This document shows, piece by piece, positions 17,373-25,253 of a DNA stretch of 32,000 bases. Made by a program: the position numbers and the translations under genes. Below the pieces are notes generated by a model that saw only the letters and a list, made by a program, of their open reading frames with translations, made no database searches and was not told the DNA's origin. Every line of letters begins with the position of its first letter. Position 1 is the stretch's first letter. Origin of the DNA: Erysipelothrix inopinata (GTDB lineage Bacteria > Bacillota_I > Bacilli_A > Erysipelotrichales > Erysipelotrichaceae); contig NZ_CP060715.1 in the NCBI RefSeq assembly GCF_014396165.1, positions 2,010,001 through 2,042,000 of the forward strand. The letters are read 5' to 3'.

Positions 17373-18295
17373 TCAAACATCTTCCCTTCCCAATCACGTC
17401 CAACGCCATTCGCAAAGTCTTTTATATCCATAGCGGGTTTCCCTGATAATTGAATTCGTGTTAAAACGATATAACCGCCTTCAGCTGCAACCATCATCCC
17501 ATCCGGTTCAACTGAGACAATTTTCCCAAGTTCATGCTGATGATCTTTCATAATTTTAGAAGCACCATGTAATTTGATAGTTTGTCCTTCAACAACGCCA
17601 TACCCTACTGGCCAAGGTATTAAACCACGAATGTGGTTGTAGACCTCATCAACATTTCGATTAAAGGAAATATATTCATCATCTCTTTGAATCGTATACG
17701 CAAGTGTTACTGCTTCATCATTTTGTTTTTGACGTTCAAGTTTACCATCAAGATAATCTTTTAAGTCTTCATGAATCAGTATTTTAGAAACTTCCATGAG
17801 TTTTGCTTCAACATGACCCATCGTATCATCTTCATCAATTGGAACATTTTGGAAAGCCAACATATCGCCACTATCCATTCCAACATCCATATGCATTAAG
17901 GTAACGCCTGTTTCCTTCTCACCACGAATGATGGACCAATGAATTGGAGCACCACCACGGAATTTTGGTAATAATGATGCGTGAACATTCAGGCAACCAA
18001 ATTGAGGATAATCAAGAATTACTTTTGGTACAATCTGACCATAAGCACAAGTAATAATTAAGTCAGGTTTGTAGCTCAATACTTCTTCAAAATCTGTTCG
18101 TATTTTGACAGGTTGTAAGACATCAATTTCATTTTTTAATGCCAGTTCTTTAACTGAAGAAGCCTTCAATATTTTCTTACGACCAAAAGGTCTATCGGGT
18201 TGTGTCACTACAGCCACAACATCATAACCGTCATCCAACAATTGTTGAAGGATAACACATGAAAAAGGGGTTGTCCCCATAAAAATTACGCGCAT
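17369..18295 (-). CDS. fmt: Methionyl-tRNA formyltransferase
   Basis: The translation has MRVIFMGTTPFS.., NVHASLLPKFRGGAPIHWSI and a C-terminal Fmt domain, and is 308 aa long. Confidence 0.93.
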   Translation of the reverse strand: MRVIFMGTTPFSCVILQQLLDDGYDVVAVVTQPDRPFGRKKILKASSVKELALKNEIDVLQPVKIRTDFEEVLSYKPDLIITCAYGQIVPKVILDYPQFGCLNVHASLLPKFRGGAPIHWSIIRGEKETGVTLMHMDVGMDSGDMLAFQNVPIDEDDTMGHVEAKLMEVSKILIHEDLKDYLDGKLERQKQNDEAVTLAYTIQRDDEYISFNRNVDEVYNHIRGLIPWPVGYGVVEGQTIKLHGASKIMKDHQHELGKIVSVEPDGMMVAAEGGYIVLTRIQLSGKPAMDIKDFANGVGRDWEGKMFE

Positions 18296-18403
18296 TTTAT
18301 CACATCCTATGCCTTATTATAACACGGTTAATTTATTCATGTATACTTCTCACTTTAAAAGATTAAGTGTGTCAGTTTTCGTCATATGTTCACCTAAGCG
18401 TAA

Positions 18404-18432
18404 TTGATATATCGCATCAACTTTGATACAAT
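18404..18432 (+). promoter_or_regulatory. Sigma-A-type promoter for rpsT (-35 TTGATA, 17-nt spacer, -10 TACAAT)
   Basis: TTGATA lies at 18404-18409 and TACAAT at 18427-18432. An AAGGAGG Shine-Dalgarno sequence lies just upstream of the ATG at 18458. Confidence 0.55.
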
Positions 18433-18457
18433 TAATCTATGAAAAGGAGGATTTGTA

Positions 18458-18721
18458 ATGCCAAATATTAAAAGTAATACCAAACGTGTAAAAACGAATG
18501 AAAAATCAGCGCTTAGCAATAAACGCCAAAAATCACAGTTGAAAAATACACTCAAGAATTTTACCGTCGCAGTTGAAAATCAAGATAAAGAGAAAGCAAC
18601 CGAGTTATTTAGAAATGCAAATACTCTCTTAGACAAATCAATGACGAGTAACATTCATCACAAGAACTATGTAAGCCGTAAAAAGTCACATATTTCTCAA
18701 TTGTATAATACACTTGATTAA
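18458..18721 (+). CDS. rpsT: 30S ribosomal protein S20
   Basis: The translation MPNIKSNTKRVKTNEKSALSNKRQKSQLKNTLK.. is typical of S20, and the protein is 87 aa. Confidence 0.93.
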   Translation: MPNIKSNTKRVKTNEKSALSNKRQKSQLKNTLKNFTVAVENQDKEKATELFRNANTLLDKSMTSNIHHKNYVSRKKSHISQLYNTLD

Positions 18722-18747
18722 CACTGAATTCATTCAGTGTTTTTTTT
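18721..18747 (+). terminator. Rho-independent terminator of rpsT (overlaps the holA stop)
   Basis: ACACTGAA-TTCA-TTCAGTGT is followed by TTTTTTT. Confidence 0.8.
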
Positions 18748-19681
18748 ATGCTCCAACAACTTTCATCAAGAACAATTCAAATGCAATAAACCGATCAACT
18801 TTCCCAAGCTTAACACCTTGATCAATAGTTCCTAATTCATTTAGTAGGCTGAGAACCTCCCACGAATTTCGATATTGATTTCTCAATATGAAACCTACTT
18901 GCTTGTCACTCATCTCCAAAGTGGATGCAATACGTTCATTACCATATCCTGATTCACTGAGTGCGCCAACTTGATAAAGACGTCTAAGACTTGATGCGAC
19001 TAATCCCATCAACGCTATTGGGTCAAGACGTTGTGCTAAAAGTTCTTGGTAGACTTCGATAGCAGTTTTACCATCTTTTTTTAGTAATGCATCCGACAAC
19101 CTAAATACGTTATCATCCAATTCACTTGAGACCAACATTTCAATATGTTTTACCTCAATCGGTTCGCCAACATTTTCAAGTTTAAGCATTTCTTGTTGAA
19201 GTCTCACTAAGTCCATTTTTACGCGCCCCGCTAAACTACGGGCCGCTCCCTCAGAAATCTCGAATCGACCTTTAGCTTGTTGGCGAATGTAATGAGAAAT
19301 ATCTGCTTCACGCGGATCTGCGACAACTTTAGTTTTCGCGTTCTTATCCAACATTTTTTTTAATTTCGATGATGCCAATAGTTTTTTTTCTAAGACAAGA
19401 ACGAATTGAAAATCATTAAAGTGAGTGAGTGTTTCAATTAGAGAAGCCTCATCTAATTTACTCGAATCTTTATCACTGTAACGTAGAATAATAAACTGAT
19501 AATTGCCAAACAATGAAATCGTATGCATGGCTTCATTCAACAAATCGAACTTAAAATCACGGTCTGCCATATTAAATTCCATACGATCCAAATCACCGTA
19601 GGTTGCAGCCGTTGTCTTTTCAATGTCCTTGATTTCCTTATCAATCAGAACTTTATTTTTTCCTATTAAAACATCTATCAT
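18746..19681 (-). CDS. holA: DNA polymerase III subunit delta
   Basis: The protein is 311 aa and sits between comEC and rpsT as in Bacillus. The pattern is delta-subunit-like (..FGNYQFIILRY.., ..LEMSDKQVGFILR..). Confidence 0.8.
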   Translation of the reverse strand: MIDVLIGKNKVLIDKEIKDIEKTTAATYGDLDRMEFNMADRDFKFDLLNEAMHTISLFGNYQFIILRYSDKDSSKLDEASLIETLTHFNDFQFVLVLEKKLLASSKLKKMLDKNAKTKVVADPREADISHYIRQQAKGRFEISEGAARSLAGRVKMDLVRLQQEMLKLENVGEPIEVKHIEMLVSSELDDNVFRLSDALLKKDGKTAIEVYQELLAQRLDPIALMGLVASSLRRLYQVGALSESGYGNERIASTLEMSDKQVGFILRNQYRNSWEVLSLLNELGTIDQGVKLGKVDRFIAFELFLMKVVGA

Positions 19682-21495
19682 CGAATCACCGTTTCTATTA
19701 TATCAAATCCATGCGATGATGTAGTAATATATCGTAGAAATGGATACAGAATAATCGATATTGTTCCTTCCTTTGATGTTTCCAAGGCTCTCACATTCGC
19801 ATTATAGAGGGTTCTCTGTACAGACGCATGAGGATGCCCATATGTCTTAGGATCCGAACTTATCATTCCGTAACGTGGCTGTATTGATTTCACAAATAAA
19901 GGATCTGTTGATGTTTTAGAGCCGTGATGCCCCAATTTTAAAACATCAATTTGATGATGTGGGAGGATTTTGATGATATCAAGTTCTTGATCACGAGTTG
20001 CATCCCCCATAAACATAAATCGTAACCCTTGAACTTCTGTTTCGCATATCAGACTATTTTCATTATCACCTTGATAGGTTTTATCATTGAGCAGAAATCG
20101 AAATAAGGGAACTGAAGCGGGCTTTTTATCGATCAATGTCGCTTCAGGATAACGTTCAAGAATGTATTCAACATTACCAGAGTGATCCAAATCATCATGG
20201 GTTACAATAAGATAATCAAGTTTAGAAACACCATATTGATTTAGCATTCTCGATAACATACCTTCTTTACTCGGTTTTCCTGTATCGATTAAAACAGTCA
20301 TTGCATTCAAAGGAAACTGAATCAATGTCGCATCCCCTTGCCCAACATCAAGGTACCTCACCCGAGTTGAGAGAGGAAACAATCCGCTAAAAATCATTAA
20401 TAATACAACCCACTTTTTATAACCATCTTTTCCTTTAATGGTTATCATAACTAATAACCCTATTCCCACGACACTAGGCGTCCCCACTATTCCTAACCTT
20501 TCGATTATGGTTGCATTCATACATTTTGAATATAGGTTCATGATGAATTCAATAACTATAAAGCTTTGACCAAATATAACTGTAAGCAGTGCAGCAATGA
20601 AGAGTACTCCAGCCATAAATTGGTGAAATCTAAAGGTTAGTGGTTGAAAAATCGAAAACTTATGAACTTTATGTAGCATCAACAACCCGTTAAATATATA
20701 GCGATTTGCATTTGATGTCCTTCTAGAAATATTTGTGTATAAGAAATATCCAAAGGGTAATAAGAACGAAAGGGAATGAGAACACTTGGGAAAGAATGCA
20801 AGTAATATCATAATCACATTTTCCCGATTCAAAAATAGTAATAACATAAGTCTTACCAACGAAAAATCGAAATCAAAATAAAATAATCCAAGTACGATCA
20901 CGCAGCACCGTATTTTTTTAAATTGTTCTTCGGTAAGAAATCTTCGAAAGACACATTTAATCACAAGTAATACGCCAGACACTTGGATTGAAAAGGAGCT
21001 CAGCATGGGAAAATCTTCGTGATATTCATTCAGTAAAATTAATTTGGCCCAGTCGTTATCCTTAACTTCATTGGAAATTTTGAATTTTAAAAATGACATA
21101 CTTTTTAAGGTGCTAACCCGTGGATTATCAATTTGATACTGGGTTCGAATCATAGATTGACGGTATGTTTTATTAACCTCAGTCTTTTCTCCTGTAACTT
21201 CAATATAGTCATGAATCTGTCCTTCATATTCTCCCTTAACAAGATATGACTCATTCAATCCTTTCACCGTGTAACTATATGGGTTTATGGTTGTGACGAC
21301 ACCTTTAATTGTATCTTGAGAATGATAAATATAGTGTTGGTGAAAGAGTACTAAGGACAACAAGAGAAAAAGATATCGATGGGTTCTATTGATTCGTTTT
21401 AGGTTAATCAAGGCAAATAGTAATCCAACAAGACAATAGATAAACGGTTTAAATTCAACTGCATTTAAGAGTAGTAGCTCATAAACTACAAGCAT
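19678..21495 (-). CDS. comEC: DNA internalization competence protein ComEC/Rec2
   Basis: The protein is polytopic, with a C-terminal metallo-beta-lactamase domain (YLDVGQGDATLIQ.., VTHDDLDHSGN, LGHHGSKTS). It follows comEA. Confidence 0.85.
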   Translation of the reverse strand: MLVVYELLLLNAVEFKPFIYCLVGLLFALINLKRINRTHRYLFLLLSLVLFHQHYIYHSQDTIKGVVTTINPYSYTVKGLNESYLVKGEYEGQIHDYIEVTGEKTEVNKTYRQSMIRTQYQIDNPRVSTLKSMSFLKFKISNEVKDNDWAKLILLNEYHEDFPMLSSFSIQVSGVLLVIKCVFRRFLTEEQFKKIRCCVIVLGLFYFDFDFSLVRLMLLLFLNRENVIMILLAFFPKCSHSLSFLLPFGYFLYTNISRRTSNANRYIFNGLLMLHKVHKFSIFQPLTFRFHQFMAGVLFIAALLTVIFGQSFIVIEFIMNLYSKCMNATIIERLGIVGTPSVVGIGLLVMITIKGKDGYKKWVVLLMIFSGLFPLSTRVRYLDVGQGDATLIQFPLNAMTVLIDTGKPSKEGMLSRMLNQYGVSKLDYLIVTHDDLDHSGNVEYILERYPEATLIDKKPASVPLFRFLLNDKTYQGDNENSLICETEVQGLRFMFMGDATRDQELDIIKILPHHQIDVLKLGHHGSKTSTDPLFVKSIQPRYGMISSDPKTYGHPHASVQRTLYNANVRALETSKEGTISIILYPFLRYITTSSHGFDIIETVIR

Positions 21496-21956
21496 ATTAA
21501 ATCTTTAATCTTCTCAAATTTCTTAGAACCTATTCCTTTAACATTCATTAAGTCTTCAAGGGTTTGAAATTGCCCTATTTCACTTCGATATAAAACGATT
21601 GCTTCTGCAGTTGCGGGACCAATACCTGGCACATCAACAAGATCCTCCACGGATGCAGTATTAATCGAAACTTTTTGTTTTACTGTAATCACAGGTAATG
21701 TAATAACATCTCTGTGAAATAAAACTTGATTCAGATTCAATGCTTCATAGTCTATATTAGGCGGTAAATCGATATCTTTTATAACTTCTTGAATTGTTGC
21801 GAAAGGTTCAGTCTCAACATCCACACTATTTCCATCGATAACTACAGAAACTGTAATTTGATTTTCATCGTCTTCAATTGGATGAATATCATAGAGAGAT
21901 AGTAGCGCCAAAATGACGAGACAAATAAGGATTCCAAAAATAAAAACTCGTTGCAT
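21486..21956 (-). CDS. comEA: ComEA family DNA-binding competence protein
   Basis: The protein has an N-terminal transmembrane anchor and a C-terminal helix-hairpin-helix pair (INTASVEDLVDVPGIGPATAEAIVLYR..LEDLMNVKGIGSKKFEKIK). Confidence 0.85.
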   Translation of the reverse strand: MQRVFIFGILICLVILALLSLYDIHPIEDDENQITVSVVIDGNSVDVETEPFATIQEVIKDIDLPPNIDYEALNLNQVLFHRDVITLPVITVKQKVSINTASVEDLVDVPGIGPATAEAIVLYRSEIGQFQTLEDLMNVKGIGSKKFEKIKDLICL

Positions 21957-22007
21957 GCAATCACCTATTTTAAATTAGGTAATGACACCAACGAGTCCTT
22001 ATTTATA

Positions 22008-22475
22008 TTATTTGATTTTTAGAATCTTAACTTTGTAAGGTTCGTCAACTTCAACTTCTACGATATCTCCAACAACTGCATCAAGCATTGCTTGTGCAAG
22101 TGGTGTTACGTTTGAAAGTTTACCATGTTCTGGATCGGCTTCAACTGAACCAACAATTGAATAAGTTGCTTCTTCGTCAAATTCCATATCTAGAATTGTA
22201 ACAGTAGCTCCAAGAGAAACTGTTTTATGTTTCTTTGTGGTGCTTTCGATAATTTCAACTTTAGAAATTGTATGTTCAAGTTCACGGATTCTTGCTTCAA
22301 CACGCGCTTGGCGGTCACGTGCTGTATCATAGTCAGCATTTTCGGACAAGTCCCCTTGTGCACGTGCTGCTTTTAAATCTTCAATAACTTCTGGTCTTTC
22401 TACATCGATTAGTTGACGTAGCTCACGATTTAACTCATCAAGACCTTCTTGTGTTACAGGAATTCTTTCTGTCAT
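22008..22475 (-). CDS. greA: Transcription elongation factor GreA
   Basis: The translation has PVTQEGLDELNRELRQL..RAQGDLSENADYDTARDRQ.. and is 155 aa. Confidence 0.93.
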   Translation of the reverse strand: MTERIPVTQEGLDELNRELRQLIDVERPEVIEDLKAARAQGDLSENADYDTARDRQARVEARIRELEHTISKVEIIESTTKKHKTVSLGATVTILDMEFDEEATYSIVGSVEADPEHGKLSNVTPLAQAMLDAVVGDIVEVEVDEPYKVKILKIK

Positions 22476-22497
22476 TTTATCACTCCTTGATTAAAAA

Positions 22498-23127
22498 TTA
22501 TAACATACTCGCATTAATGATACTACTTATTTTAGTAGTTAACAAATCAATCGCTACAGTATTATGAGCTCCCTCAGGAATAATAATATCTGCATGGCGT
22601 TTTGATGGTTCTACGAATTGTTCGTGCATGACACGAACTGTTGTCATGTATTGTTCGATAACATGATCCAATTGACGTCCACGTTTGTTCACATCACGTA
22701 CAAGACGTCGGATGAAACGAATATCTGCAGGTGCATCAACAAATACTTTAATATCAAGCATGTTTCTGAGTTCTTCGCTATCAAGAATCATTAGCCCTTC
22801 GATTACGATAACATCACTGGGTTCAATTGTTTCTGTATATTGACTACGAGTATGATTCATAAAATCATAAACTGGTTTTTCAATCGCTTGACGATTTTTC
22901 AGCTTCGTAATATCACTGACGAGCAAATCCATGTCGAATGCAAATGGATGGTCATAGTTTGTATTCAAACGCACTTCCATTGGCAAATGGCTTTGATCTT
23001 TATAGTAATCATCCATACGGATAATTACAACATTTTGAGTTTCCTCAAAGTGTCCTTTAAGTATCTTAGCAATACTTGATTTTCCTGATGCACTACCACC
23101 AGCAATCCCGATAACAATTGGATTCAT
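22498..23127 (-). CDS. udk: Uridine kinase
   Basis: The translation has a P-loop (IGIAGGSASGKSS), ..YDHPFAFD.. and ..RRLVRDVNKRGR... Confidence 0.92.
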   Translation of the reverse strand: MNPIVIGIAGGSASGKSSIAKILKGHFEETQNVVIIRMDDYYKDQSHLPMEVRLNTNYDHPFAFDMDLLVSDITKLKNRQAIEKPVYDFMNHTRSQYTETIEPSDVIVIEGLMILDSEELRNMLDIKVFVDAPADIRFIRRLVRDVNKRGRQLDHVIEQYMTTVRVMHEQFVEPSKRHADIIIPEGAHNTVAIDLLTTKISSIINASML

Positions 23128-23136
23128 ACTTTCCTC

Positions 23137-24228
23137 CTAGTATCCTAGTAATTCTTTTCGAACAGCTTCGTGTTCTTCATAAGTAACTTGGTAATATACT
23201 TTACCATCTTTTACATTATTGACATCTGCAATAAAGAATATATAATCGCTGGGCGTATAGTTCAGTACAGCAGTAATTGCCTTTAATGAAGGATTTAGGA
23301 TTGGCCCTGGAGGCAACCCTTCATAAACATAAGTGTTATAAACTGTATCATGTTGGTTATTTTTAGCGCTCTCACACTCTGTCCATGAATCAAATTCATA
23401 GAGTGAATAACAAACAGTCACACTTGATTGAAGTTTCATATTTTGTTTCAAACGATTTAAGAATACTCCCGCAACAAGTTTCATATCTTCGTCAGTCGAT
23501 GCTTCATATTCTACGATTGACGCTAAAGTCATGATTTCTTCTTGAGACATATCGAGTTTCTTTAAATCATTTTTATATTGTTGGAATTTATCATTTCCAT
23601 TCTTGATAAGTTCGCGCGTGATATCTTCTTCACTTGCATCCTTTTTAAGGTTGTAAGTATCAGGATAGAGATAACCTTCAAGTTTCACTCTCACATTATC
23701 AAGTTTTAGAACGGATGCTGGAATGACTTCATAGTCTTTCATGAGAGACTCAATGAATTCATTGCTATTCCACAGTTCTAAAAATCTTTCAGCCTTAGTA
23801 TTTGTTACTGCAGCAATTTCTTTCGCAATATCTTTCGCCCAGATTCCCTCTACGAGAGTGACTGTAACATTGTTCGTAGTATCTTTTGAAAAATCAGGAT
23901 CAGCAAGTCGTGTCAGAATTTCTTTAGAATTTAAAGATTTATCCAATTCAAACGTTCCGTGGAAAGTTTGGTTTTTCTTACTGATTTTTGATTCAATTTT
24001 TGTAAAGAATGCCGAACGAATGATCCCCTCTGATTCAAGACGATCTAAGGTTGTTTGGAATGACTCCCCTTGTTTCACTTCAAAAAGAACAGTTTCGCTG
24101 TTCTTTGTAACACCTTGGGTATTAACTTTGTAAAGTGCGAAAAAAGAGCCAAGTGCTATAACAAGAGCAACAACAATTCCAACTAAAACACGTTTAGTGG
24201 TTGTGGTCATGGTTGCAGTTTTCGTCAT
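23137..24228 (-). CDS. mltG: Endolytic murein transglycosylase MltG (YceG-like)
   Basis: The protein has an N-terminal transmembrane segment, then the YceG motifs ..LASIVEYEA.., ..AGVFLNRL.., ..LQSSVTVCY.., ..YNTYVYEGLPPGPILNPS... The track ORF starts at a TTG (24276) inside the upstream gene. The ATG at 24228 (MTKTATM..) is the preferred start. Confidence 0.85.
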   Translation of the reverse strand: MTKTATMTTTTKRVLVGIVVALVIALGSFFALYKVNTQGVTKNSETVLFEVKQGESFQTTLDRLESEGIIRSAFFTKIESKISKKNQTFHGTFELDKSLNSKEILTRLADPDFSKDTTNNVTVTLVEGIWAKDIAKEIAAVTNTKAERFLELWNSNEFIESLMKDYEVIPASVLKLDNVRVKLEGYLYPDTYNLKKDASEEDITRELIKNGNDKFQQYKNDLKKLDMSQEEIMTLASIVEYEASTDEDMKLVAGVFLNRLKQNMKLQSSVTVCYSLYEFDSWTECESAKNNQHDTVYNTYVYEGLPPGPILNPSLKAITAVLNYTPSDYIFFIADVNNVKDGKVYYQVTYEEHEAVRKELLGY

Positions 24229-24499
24229 GAACGTGTTCTTCAGCTTGAATGATGAATGTATTGAATACTTCTTCAATCATTGCCCATTCTTTTTCTTCAG
24301 TAACATTGTTCAATTCGCCTTCCTCAGTGTAAGATGATACAAATACTTCACCTGTTTCATCTGCTGGGTCGACATAAAGGACATAACTCTTATTGTATTC
24401 ATCATCGTTAAATGTGAATAGAATTTCCATTTCTTTTTCTGATCCATCGTCGTCAATAACTACGATTGTTTTTTCATCTACTGATTTATTTTCTTCCAT
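24194..24499 (-). CDS. DUF1292 / UPF0473 family protein (YrzB-like)
   Basis: This is an acidic 101-aa protein (..IVVIDDDGSEKEMEILFTF..YVLYVDPAD..). It sits between ruvX and mltG as in Bacillus. Confidence 0.75.
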   Translation of the reverse strand: MEENKSVDEKTIVVIDDDGSEKEMEILFTFNDDEYNKSYVLYVDPADETGEVFVSSYTEEGELNNVTEEKEWAMIEEVFNTFIIQAEEHVHDENCNHDHNH

Positions 24500-24936
24500 T
24501 ATAGGTTTCCTCCATGGTGTTTTACTTGATCTAAGTAAGTTTGTAAGATATGAACGGCTGCAAGTTGATCTACAACTTTTTTACGTTTCTTACGAGAAAC
24601 ATCCAAATCAATGAGTTGGCGATTCGCCACGACACTGGTTAGACGCTCATCCATAAGTACTACATTACAATCAAACCAAGCTTCTAATGTTTCTTTAAAT
24701 GATTCTGAAAGTTGTGCACGCTCTCCGATATCATTATTCATCATCTTAGGATATCCCAAGACAATCGTTTTAACCTTTTCTTTTTTAATAAGTGACTCTA
24801 AAGGTTCCTTAAGTTCATCAACGTTTACACTATAATAAAGTGTTGCATGAGGATGGGCAAACATACCCAATCCATCAGAGATTGCAACACCACAAGTTTT
24901 TGAACCTAAATCAAGTCCAATGATTTTTTCAATCAT
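24499..24936 (-). CDS. ruvX: Putative pre-16S rRNA nuclease / Holliday junction resolvase-like RuvX (YqgF)
   Basis: The translation has IIGLDLGSKTCGVAISD.. and ..VLMDERLTSV... Confidence 0.9.
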   Translation of the reverse strand: MIEKIIGLDLGSKTCGVAISDGLGMFAHPHATLYYSVNVDELKEPLESLIKKEKVKTIVLGYPKMMNNDIGERAQLSESFKETLEAWFDCNVVLMDERLTSVVANRQLIDLDVSRKKRKKVVDQLAAVHILQTYLDQVKHHGGNL

Positions 24937-25202
24937 TTATTTTCTGTTTGGCTTAAGTAGAACCGCACAAGTTCTTCTATGATTTCGTAACGTTCAACTT
25001 GTTGAATCATTACCCGAGCATTTTTGTGTGAAGAAATGTACGCAGGATCATTTGAAATCAAATATCCTGAGATTTGGCTGACCGCTTGGTAGCCTCTTTC
25101 TTCTAAAGCTAAAGTTACTTCATCGAGGATTTCTTTGATCCGATCTTGCTTAACAGACTCTGAATTAAAAGCCATTGTTTCTGTTACATTATTTCGAGAC
25201 AT
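24933..25202 (-). CDS. IreB family regulatory phosphoprotein (UPF0297, YrzL-like)
   Basis: The 89-aa protein has ..LEERGYQAVSQISGYLISNDPAYISSHKNAR.. and lies directly downstream of alaS. Confidence 0.85.
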   Translation of the reverse strand: MSRNNVTETMAFNSESVKQDRIKEILDEVTLALEERGYQAVSQISGYLISNDPAYISSHKNARVMIQQVERYEIIEELVRFYLSQTENK

Positions 25203-25253
25203 GCTATCACTCCCTTATACTCTAATTCTATTTTATCGCATTCAAACCAAAAG

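Noticed and set aside
24229-24276. The longer mltG start given by the track (TTG at 24276, MKKYSIHSSFKLKNTF..).
   Set aside because: The extension lies wholly inside the DUF1292 coding sequence, starts at TTG and adds non-hydrophobic residues before the real N-terminal basic/transmembrane segment. The ATG at 24228 is more plausible.
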